Assembly: GCA_029974175.1 (NCBI GenBank) | Contig: JARKSS010000099.1 | Location: forward strand, 1 to 46,473 | DNA: 46,473 nucleotides | Source: Vicinamibacterales bacterium | GTDB taxonomy: Bacteria > Acidobacteriota > Vicinamibacteria > Vicinamibacterales > Fen-181 | Reading direction: 5' to 3' | Part shown: piece after piece, positions 34,430 to 41,576 of the stretch | Numbering within the stretch: the first letter of the stretch is position 1 | Layout of the letters: every line of letters starts with the position of its first letter | The notes under the pieces: generated by a model | Databases searched by the model: none | Told to the model about the DNA's origin: nothing | What the model saw: the letters and a program-made list of their open reading frames with translations, nothing else | Made by a program: the position numbers and the translations under genes

Positions 34430-35776
34430 ATGGCGCGCATCCTGATAGTCGATGACGACCGCGAGACGTGCCGGTTCATGGCCGAGTTGCTCGGTCAGCC
34501 AGGGCGCGAGATCGAGACGGCCTACGAGCCGCACTCGGCGCTGGCGCTGGTGCGGGCACGGACCTTCGACCTGGTCATCTCGGACATCAACCTCAACGCC
34601 GAGCTGTCGGGCCTCGACATCCTGCGCGTGTTCCGCGAGGTGAACCCCGGCGGCCAGGTGCTCCTCATCAGCGGGTTCGGCACCCTCGAGACGGCGATCG
34701 ACGCCGTGCGGGCCGGCGCGTTCGACTACATCAGCAAGCCGTTCAACATCGGCGAAGTGAAGGAGACGGTCGAGCGCGCGCTCGCGCAGAGCCAGGCGGG
34801 TGCCGGCCGGCCTGCCCCCGCGCCCGACGCCAGGCCGCCGGGCTTGATCGGGCGCACGGCCCCCATGCTGGCGGTCTACAAGCAGATCGCGCATGCTGCC
34901 GACTCTGCCGTACCGGTCCTGGTCGCTGGCGAGAGCGGCACGGGCAAGGAGCTGGTGGCGCGCGCGGTCCACGCGCACGGGCCCCGGGCCTCGCGGCCCT
35001 TCGTCCCGGTGAACTGCGGAGCGATCACCGAGACGCTGCTCGAATCCGAGCTGTTCGGTCACGTCCGCGGGTCGTTCACCGGGGCGATCAGCGAGCGGAA
35101 GGGGATCTTCGAGCAGGCGCACGGTGGCTCCGTCTTTCTCGACGAGATTGGCGAAACCTCGCCGGCGCTGCAGGTGAAGCTCCTCAGGGTGCTCGAGGAA
35201 GGAGAGATCCGGCCGGTGGGCGCGAGCCGCCCTCAGCGGGTGGACGTCCGGATCATTGCCGCCACCAACGTGGACCTGGAGAAGGAGGTGGCCGAGGGTC
35301 GCTTCCGCCAGGACCTCTACTACCGCCTGAGCGTGATCGTGATCCAGGTGCCGCCGCTGCGCGACCGCCGCGCCGACATCCCGCTGCTCGTCTCCGATTT
35401 CCTGCAGAAGGCCTGCGGCCGGGCGGGCCGGCAGGTCGAGCTGACGCCGGAGGCGGTGGGCGCGCTGACGGCGTATCACTGGCCCGGGAACGTTCGCGAG
35501 CTGGAGAACACGGTGGAGCGCCTCGTCCTCTTCAGCCGCGGCAGCGTGGTGGACCTGCCCGACCTGCCCCCGCCTTTCCAGGGGACACCGCCCGACATCG
35601 GCGAGCAGCTTTTCGCGGGCCTCCCCCCGCTGGAGGAAATCGAGCGGCGCTACCTGCTGCACGTGCTCGAGCACGTGGGCGGCAACCGCACCCGCGCCGC
35701 CGAGGTGATGGGGATCGACCGCCGGACGCTGTACCGGATGGCCGAGCGGTTCTCGATCGATCTCGGGGAAAGCTGA
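34430..35776 (+). CDS. sigma-54-dependent response regulator (NtrC family)
   Basis: REC 'ILIVDDD...ISDINL', 'GESGTGKE', 'GSFTGA', 'RELENTVER', C-terminal HTH 'GNRTRAAEVMGIDRRTL'. Confidence 0.95.
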   Translation: MARILIVDDDRETCRFMAELLGQPGREIETAYEPHSALALVRARTFDLVISDINLNAELSGLDILRVFREVNPGGQVLLISGFGTLETAIDAVRAGAFDYISKPFNIGEVKETVERALAQSQAGAGRPAPAPDARPPGLIGRTAPMLAVYKQIAHAADSAVPVLVAGESGTGKELVARAVHAHGPRASRPFVPVNCGAITETLLESELFGHVRGSFTGAISERKGIFEQAHGGSVFLDEIGETSPALQVKLLRVLEEGEIRPVGASRPQRVDVRIIAATNVDLEKEVAEGRFRQDLYYRLSVIVIQVPPLRDRRADIPLLVSDFLQKACGRAGRQVELTPEAVGALTAYHWPGNVRELENTVERLVLFSRGSVVDLPDLPPPFQGTPPDIGEQLFAGLPPLEEIERRYLLHVLEHVGGNRTRAAEVMGIDRRTLYRMAERFSIDLGES

Positions 35777-35787
35777 AGGCGACCTGA

Positions 35788-37089
35788 CTAGCTGACACCC
35801 TTCCTGAGCACTTCTTCCATGGCTTCGGCGAACGTGTCGATCTCCTCGAGCGTCGTGTAGACGTTGGGTGTGATCCGGATCCCCTCGAATTCGGCGTGCT
35901 TGATCGGGGTGACGATCATCCGGTACGTCGCCCACAAGTGCGACGCCAGCGCACCCGGGTCGATCCCCTCGATCCCCACGGTGGCGAGGCCGCACGAGTG
36001 CTCGGGCGCCAGGTTCGTGTGCAGGCGCACGCGCGGCCGCCCCTGCAGCCGGCGCGCCCAGCGGTCGCGCAGGTAGCGCAGGCGGGCGGCCTTCCGCTCG
36101 AGCCCGATGCCGTGCTGGAACGCGAGGGCCTCGGCGATCGCGTTGTGGTTGGCAGCCGGGTGGGTGCCGATTTCCTCGAATTTCCGGATGTTGCCCTCGA
36201 GCGACGCGCTGGCGGGAGTGAGCGGCCACAGCGACGGGATCAGCTCGCGGCGCACGTAGAGGAACCCGGTCCCGATCGGGGCGAGCGTCCACTTGTGCAG
36301 GCTGCAGCCGTAGTAGTCGCAGTCGAAATCGCGAACGCTGAAGGGGAAGTGCTGGAAGGCGTGCGCGCCGTCCACGATCGTGCGGATGCCGCGGGCGCGC
36401 GCCAGTCGGGTCAGCTCGCGCACCGGCATGATCTGGCCGGTCAGGTTCACGACGTGGCAGAAGTGCAGCACCTTCGTCCGCGGCGTGATGGCGGCCTCGA
36501 TCGGGCGCACCAGCTCCGCCATGTCCGCCGCCGGCGTCGGGATCGAGACCTTCTTCAGCACGATGCCATCGCGGCGCACCCGCTGCTCCCAGGTGTCGAG
36601 CATCCGCGGGTAGTCCTGGTTGGTGGTGACCACCTCGTCGCCGGCCTTCAGGTCGATCCCGAGTTGCGCGATCTGCAGCGCCTCGCTCGCGTTGCGCGTG
36701 ATGGCCATCTCCTCGGGATCGCAGCCGAAGTCGGCCGCCAGCCGCCGGCGCACCGTTTCGATGTTCGGTTCGAGCACCTGCCACATGTGGTACACGGGCG
36801 CCTGGTTCGAGATGTCCAGGTAGCGCTTGAACGCCTCGTGGACAACGCGAGGGCTCGGGCAGCAGCCGCCGTTGTTGAGGTTGACGAGCGTCCGGTCGAG
36901 CGTGAACGCCTGCTGGATTTCGCGCCAGTAGGTCTCGTCGGCAGCCACCTCGCTCGCCGGCCGGCCGGCGACCGACCGGGACGCGGCCTCGAGGTGCGCC
37001 AGCGAGTCGTCTGTGAAAGCGAGCAGGCCGGTGCCGGCTGCAACGGTGCCGTGGGCAACCCGGTGGAGGAAGGTTCGGCGGGAAGGCAT
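35788..37089 (-). CDS. class-V aminotransferase-fold PLP enzyme (isopenicillin-N-epimerase/cysteine-desulfurase-like) with twin-arginine signal
   Basis: ATG 37089 is preceded by GGAGG. 'MPSRRTFLHRVAHGTVAAGTGLLAF' is a Tat motif (SRRxFL). 'DGAHAF', 'CSLHKW' (PLP Lys). Confidence 0.8.
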   Translation of the reverse strand: MPSRRTFLHRVAHGTVAAGTGLLAFTDDSLAHLEAASRSVAGRPASEVAADETYWREIQQAFTLDRTLVNLNNGGCCPSPRVVHEAFKRYLDISNQAPVYHMWQVLEPNIETVRRRLAADFGCDPEEMAITRNASEALQIAQLGIDLKAGDEVVTTNQDYPRMLDTWEQRVRRDGIVLKKVSIPTPAADMAELVRPIEAAITPRTKVLHFCHVVNLTGQIMPVRELTRLARARGIRTIVDGAHAFQHFPFSVRDFDCDYYGCSLHKWTLAPIGTGFLYVRRELIPSLWPLTPASASLEGNIRKFEEIGTHPAANHNAIAEALAFQHGIGLERKAARLRYLRDRWARRLQGRPRVRLHTNLAPEHSCGLATVGIEGIDPGALASHLWATYRMIVTPIKHAEFEGIRITPNVYTTLEEIDTFAEAMEEVLRKGVS

Positions 37090-37176
37090 GCGGCCTCCAG
37101 CAAGGCGAGGTGAACGGGATAGAATTGTCGGGGCCGAGTATACCTGACAGCCGGGCAGCCGACAGCCGCACCTAGC

Positions 37177-37195
37177 GGCAGCCCTTGTGGCTGCC
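37177..37195. repeat. REP-variant hairpin GGCAGCC-CTTGT-GGCTGCC
   Basis: Same loop and geometry as the REP copy at 2810-2835. The stem differs by paired (compensatory) changes GA->AG / TC->CT. Preceded by CTAGC. Confidence 0.5.
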
Positions 37196-37305
37196 CGCCG
37201 CCGGTCCTGCCCGAAGCCTTTTGCGGCGAAGGTGCTTGCGTGAGGGCGCCACAAGGGCCGCCCCTGCGCGGTCTGCGACCCCCCGCCGCCTGAGAAGGAG
37301 CCTCC

Positions 37306-38046
37306 ATGGATCCCCGCGGCAAGGTGGCGCTCATCACCGGTGGCAAGCGCGTCGGGGCTGCCGTGGCCCTGGCACTTGCGAGGGCCGGTGCGGACATCGC
37401 CCTCAGCTACAACCGCTCGCGCGACGAGGCCGAGGCCACCGCGACGGAGGTGCGTGCGATCGGCCGCCGGGCCTTCATCCGCCAGGCCGACCTGACCGAT
37501 CCGGCCGCCTGCCGCGAGTTGGTTGAAGCGACGGCGGCCGCGCTCGGACGCCTCGACATCCTGGTGGGCATGTCATCGGTGTACGCGCGCATTCCGATCG
37601 AGAAGCTAGCTGCTTCCGACCTGCAGCACAGCTTCGATGTCGAGGTGAAGTCGTCCCTCTCGTGCGCGCTGGCCGCCTTCCCGTTGATGCGCGCGGCGGG
37701 CGGCGGCCGCATCGTCCTCGTCTCGGACTGGCTTGCTGCAAGCGAGCGCCCGCGGTACACCGGCTTCCTGCACTATTACGTCGCGAAGAAGGCCGTCATC
37801 GGCCTGGCCGAGGCCCTCGCGCTCGAACTGGCCGCCGACCAGATCCTCGTCAACGCCATCGCGCCCGGTCCCATCCTGCCGCCACCCGACCTCGAAGACG
37901 AAGAGTCGAAGGCCGTCGAGCAAGCGACGCCGGTTGGCCGCTGGGGCGGCGGCGGCGAGATCGCCAAGGCGGTGCTCGCGCTGGTGGACAGCGATTTCAT
38001 CACTGGCGAGACGATCAGAGTGGATGGCGGGCGGCACGTCAGGTGA
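37306..38046 (+). CDS. SDR-family oxidoreductase
   Basis: 'ALITGGKRVGAAVA' (Rossmann), 'YYVAKKAV' (YxxxK), 'NAIAPGPI'. Confidence 0.85.
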   Translation: MDPRGKVALITGGKRVGAAVALALARAGADIALSYNRSRDEAEATATEVRAIGRRAFIRQADLTDPAACRELVEATAAALGRLDILVGMSSVYARIPIEKLAASDLQHSFDVEVKSSLSCALAAFPLMRAAGGGRIVLVSDWLAASERPRYTGFLHYYVAKKAVIGLAEALALELAADQILVNAIAPGPILPPPDLEDEESKAVEQATPVGRWGGGGEIAKAVLALVDSDFITGETIRVDGGRHVR

Positions 38047-38181
38047 GCGCCGGCCTGAGCCAGCCGATCTCAACTCCGTAACCTCCTGTTCCGTTCCAGC
38101 ACACCCGGCGGCGACGGCCGCACGCCCGTCTCGGGCGATAACCCATTCTCCGGCAGCCAGTTGACCACTCGGCCCCACCCC

Positions 38182-38197
38182 TGGGCCCGGGCTTGCC
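38182..38197 (+). promoter_or_regulatory. weak sigma-54-like -24/-12 motif upstream of the minor-pilin operon
   Basis: TGGgcccgggcTTGC has correct GG/GC spacing, 67 nt before ATG 38263. Only the 7 core positions match, so a chance match is plausible. Confidence 0.25.
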
Positions 38198-38262
38198 GTT
38201 CCTGCCTCATCCTTGCGGGTCGGCGATCGGCCAGACCAGGCCGGCGCGACCCGGGATGACCT

Positions 38263-38844
38263 ATGACGAAGTGCCGCACTGAACCAGCTGTTCCCATCCG
38301 CCCGCGGCGGGCGGATGCCGGCTTCTCCCTCATCGAGCTGCTGATGGTGATGGCGATCGGCACCATCCTCGCGGCGATCGCCATGCCGACCCTTCGAATG
38401 GGCGACCGGGTGCGGGTGGACAAAGCCGCGCGGGCGATCCAGCAGGAGCTGCGGGCAGCACGCCTGCGCGCGGTGTCGGTGAACCGGCAGCTCGAGGTGC
38501 GCTTCAACTGCCCCGCGGTCGGGCAGTACCGAATCGTGGAGTCGGGCTTCTCGAGCACGGGACGCTGCGACCCCACCAACTTTCCCTACCCCCCGCCGGC
38601 CGACGCGGCGTACCGGGTGCCGCGGCTCCCTCGTTACGACGGGCCGGTCCGCCATCTCGACGATCGCGTGACGCTGTCCACCTCTTCGACCGGCCTCGTG
38701 CTGCAGTTCGCCCCAAACGGCCGCGCGACCAAGCTCGAAGGCGGTGTGTCGAAGCCGATCGGCACCGAATCGGTGACCCTGTCGATCGGCGACTACTCGT
38801 CCACGATCGACGTGAACACGCTGGGGAAGATTGCCATCAGGTAA
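38263..38844 (+). CDS. fimT: GspH/FimT-family pseudopilin (type IV minor pilin)
   Basis: Prepilin motif 'AGFSLIELLMVMAIGTILAAIA'. GspH-like 'AARAIQQELRAARLRAVSVNRQLEVRF'. Confidence 0.8.
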   Translation: MTKCRTEPAVPIRPRRADAGFSLIELLMVMAIGTILAAIAMPTLRMGDRVRVDKAARAIQQELRAARLRAVSVNRQLEVRFNCPAVGQYRIVESGFSSTGRCDPTNFPYPPPADAAYRVPRLPRYDGPVRHLDDRVTLSTSSTGLVLQFAPNGRATKLEGGVSKPIGTESVTLSIGDYSSTIDVNTLGKIAIR

Positions 38845-38884
38845 GGGCTGAGGGCAGGTGCAGACGGGGCCAGGCGAGACGGAT

Positions 38885-39481
38885 ATGAATCAAGCACACG
38901 CGGACAAGCCACGGGCCGAGGGGTTCTCGTTGATCGAAGTCCTGGTGTCGGTGGCGCTGCTGTCGGTGGTGTCGCTCGGCGTCGCGCAGCTCTTCGCCGT
39001 TGCGACCAAGGCGAACGCCACCTCGAAGGGCCAGACCTCCACGGCGCTGCTCGCGGTGCAGAAGATGGAGCAGCTCAAGGCACTGACCTGGGGGTTCGAT
39101 CAGTCCGCGGCGGCGCTCGGGCTGCCGGTGTCCGACACCAGCACCGATCTGAGCACCGCGGTGCCCACGGGAGGCGGTTCGGGTCTCAACCCCTCGCCCG
39201 CCGACTCGCTCGTCGTGGACAGGACCGGTTACGTGGACTACCTGGACGAACACGGCGCCTGGGTCGGCAACACCCCGAGCGCGGCCGCCGGAGCCCGGTA
39301 CGTGCGCCGGTGGTCGATCACGCCGCTGCCCACCAACCCGAACAACACACTCGTGTTCCAGGTGCGGGTCATGACCGCCGAGCACGCGCAGCGGATCGCG
39401 GCCGCCGGGGTCAACGCTCCGACCGGGCGCTTCGGCGCTGAAACGTGGCTGGTGAGCGTCAAGACGAGGAAGTCGCAATGA
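38885..39481 (+). CDS. pilV: type IV minor pilin PilV-like
   Basis: 'EGFSLIEVLVSVALLSVV' N-terminal methylation motif. ATG 38885 gives a 13-aa leader; the track GTG 38858 is an alternative. Confidence 0.75.
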   Translation: MNQAHADKPRAEGFSLIEVLVSVALLSVVSLGVAQLFAVATKANATSKGQTSTALLAVQKMEQLKALTWGFDQSAAALGLPVSDTSTDLSTAVPTGGGSGLNPSPADSLVVDRTGYVDYLDEHGAWVGNTPSAAAGARYVRRWSITPLPTNPNNTLVFQVRVMTAEHAQRIAAAGVNAPTGRFGAETWLVSVKTRKSQ

Positions 39482-40689
39482 CCGAGCACTTCGAAGGTGG
39501 GAGCCGAACGGTGGACGGCGGGTCGCGGCGCCCGGCTGCCGCAGGCCGCGCACACCCACGGGCGTGGAGAGCGGGCCGCCGACCTTCGCGCGCCGATCGG
39601 GCATGCGAAGGCGGCTTCACGCTCGTCGAGCTGCTGGTCTCGATGACGGTCATGCTGCTGGTGGTCGGCTCGGTCTTCACGCTGCTCGACCCCTCGCAGT
39701 CCACCTCACGGACGCAGACCGAGGCGGCCGACGTGCTCCAGCGCCTCCGCGTCTCGGCCGACATGATGGAGAGGGACCTCCTGATGGCGGGCGCCGGCAC
39801 CTACTCGGGCGCCATCGCCGGCACCCTGGCCAACTTCTTCCCGCCGGTGCTCCCGTACCGCACGGGGGCGATCGCGCAGGATCCCGGCCTCAGCTACTTC
39901 GACGACCGGATCTCGATCGTCTACGTGCCCGACACCGCGGCGCAAACGACCATCCGCGAGGCGATGCCGCAGCCTTCGTCCGAGATCAAGGTGAACGCCC
40001 AGCCCGGCTGCCCGACGGGCGACCCGCTGTGCGGCTTCGAGGTCGGCATGCGCGTGGTGATCTTCGACGACACCGGTTCGTGGGACATCTTCACGATCAC
40101 GGCCGTCCAGTCCAGCGCTCTGCACCTGCAGCACCGTCCCCCGAACCCCGACTTCACCAAGAAGTACACGCCGGCCGAGAACGCCCGGATCGCGATGGTC
40201 GAGAACCACGTCTACTGGCTGAACCGGGCAACCAACCAGCTTTTTCACTACGACGGCTTCCAGGAAGACATCCCGATCGTGGACAACGTCGCGGCCATGC
40301 GCATCCGGTACTGGGGGGATCCGAATCCGCCCCTCGCGCCGCGCCCGCTGCCCGGACAGTCGAACTGCATCATCGACGCAACGGGCACTCCGCTGCTGCC
40401 GACGTTGCCCTCAAACGGCAGCTCGCTCGTGGAACTGCCCGCCTCGATGCTCACCGACGGACCATCCTGCGGGACGGCGCCCAACAACTTCGATGCCGAC
40501 GTCTTCCGCATCCGGAAGGTGTCGGTGCAGCTGCGCGTCCAGGCCTCCGCCGCGGAACTGCGGGGAGCCAACCCGCCCGACCAGACGCTCTTTTTGAACC
40601 CGGGCACCTCGAACAGCGCCTACAGGCGGGTTCCCGATTACGTCGTGGAGTTCGACGTGACGCCGCGGAACATGAACCTCGTGCGGTAG
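39478..40689 (+). CDS. pilW: type IV minor pilin PilW-like, with an unusually long Arg-rich N-terminal leader
   Basis: ATGA overlap with pilV. 'GGFTLVELLVSMTVMLLVVGSV' prepilin motif comes only after ~47 aa (the only alternative is GTG 39511). 'QRLRVSADMMERDLLMAG' is PilW-like. Confidence 0.75.
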   Translation: MTEHFEGGSRTVDGGSRRPAAAGRAHPRAWRAGRRPSRADRACEGGFTLVELLVSMTVMLLVVGSVFTLLDPSQSTSRTQTEAADVLQRLRVSADMMERDLLMAGAGTYSGAIAGTLANFFPPVLPYRTGAIAQDPGLSYFDDRISIVYVPDTAAQTTIREAMPQPSSEIKVNAQPGCPTGDPLCGFEVGMRVVIFDDTGSWDIFTITAVQSSALHLQHRPPNPDFTKKYTPAENARIAMVENHVYWLNRATNQLFHYDGFQEDIPIVDNVAAMRIRYWGDPNPPLAPRPLPGQSNCIIDATGTPLLPTLPSNGSSLVELPASMLTDGPSCGTAPNNFDADVFRIRKVSVQLRVQASAAELRGANPPDQTLFLNPGTSNSAYRRVPDYVVEFDVTPRNMNLVR

Positions 40690-40699
40690 CGAGCGAGAT

Positions 40700-41545
40700 A
40701 TGAAGACCACGACCCCGTCCCAGAACCGCGACGCGCTGCAACGAGGAGAGAGCCGCAGGGCAGCTTTGAACCGCCGCCGCCTTGCCGGAGCGAGGGGCGC
40801 ATCCGCAGGCCTTCGCCGGGCCCTCGGCGACGAGCGCGGCGTGGCCCTGATCATCGTGCTGCTGTCCACGATGCTGTTGACGGCGCTGGCGGTCTCGCTG
40901 GTGCTGCTCACCTCGTCCGAGACGCTGCTGACCGCCAACTACCGCAACGCGCACGAAGCGCTCTACGCGGCCGATGCCGCCGTCGAACGCGTGGTGCAGG
41001 ACCTCCTGGCGGTCCCTCAGTGGAACGACCTGCTCGGCGCCAGCAACATCCAGTCGAGCTTCACGCACGGCCCGACCTCGGTGACGCTGGCCGATGGAAC
41101 AGAGGTGGACGTGAACCGCGAGTGCGCCCGGGTGCAGGCCGAAACCGACACCCTGAACCTGTGGGGGCCCAACAATCCGATCTGGCGGGTGTACGCCTAC
41201 GGGCCGATGTCGAACATCCTGCCGGGCGGGGTCCCGAGCGACGCCTACGTGATGGTGCTGGTGGGCGACGACCCCTCCGAATCGGATGGCAACCCGGAGA
41301 TCGACGCCAACGGCGTGCTCACCCTGCACGCCGAGGCCTGGGGCGTGGGCGGTGCCCGCAAGGTGATCGAGGTCACCGTGGCGCGTACCTCCACCACCGA
41401 GATCGAACGCGGCTACATCGCGCAGCGCGGCCAGGAAGAGTGGAACCAGCGCGCGCGGAAGGCCGCCGTGCAGACGCCCGGGTCGGGCCTGACCGAGATG
41501 AGGATGGACCTCGGCGGAGGCGGCGGCGGGCTGGCCGTGCAATAG
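40700..41545 (+). CDS. pilX: PilX-like minor pilin / pilus assembly protein
   Basis: 'ERGVALIIVLLSTMLLTALAVSLV...ANYRNAHEALYAADAAVE' is a typical PilX N-terminal domain. The start is uncertain (ATG 40700 or in-frame TTG ~40766). Confidence 0.7.
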   Translation: MKTTTPSQNRDALQRGESRRAALNRRRLAGARGASAGLRRALGDERGVALIIVLLSTMLLTALAVSLVLLTSSETLLTANYRNAHEALYAADAAVERVVQDLLAVPQWNDLLGASNIQSSFTHGPTSVTLADGTEVDVNRECARVQAETDTLNLWGPNNPIWRVYAYGPMSNILPGGVPSDAYVMVLVGDDPSESDGNPEIDANGVLTLHAEAWGVGGARKVIEVTVARTSTTEIERGYIAQRGQEEWNQRARKAAVQTPGSGLTEMRMDLGGGGGGLAVQ

Positions 41546-41576
41546 CGCCCGCCCGACGCAAGCGACAGAGGCAACC

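Noticed and set aside
34361-37171. 936-aa minus-strand ORF spanning the second sigma-54 activator and the aminotransferase
   Set aside because: It is antisense to the NtrC-type gene and off-frame to the aminotransferase, and has no domain motifs. The real genes are 34430..35776 (+) and 35788..37089 (-).
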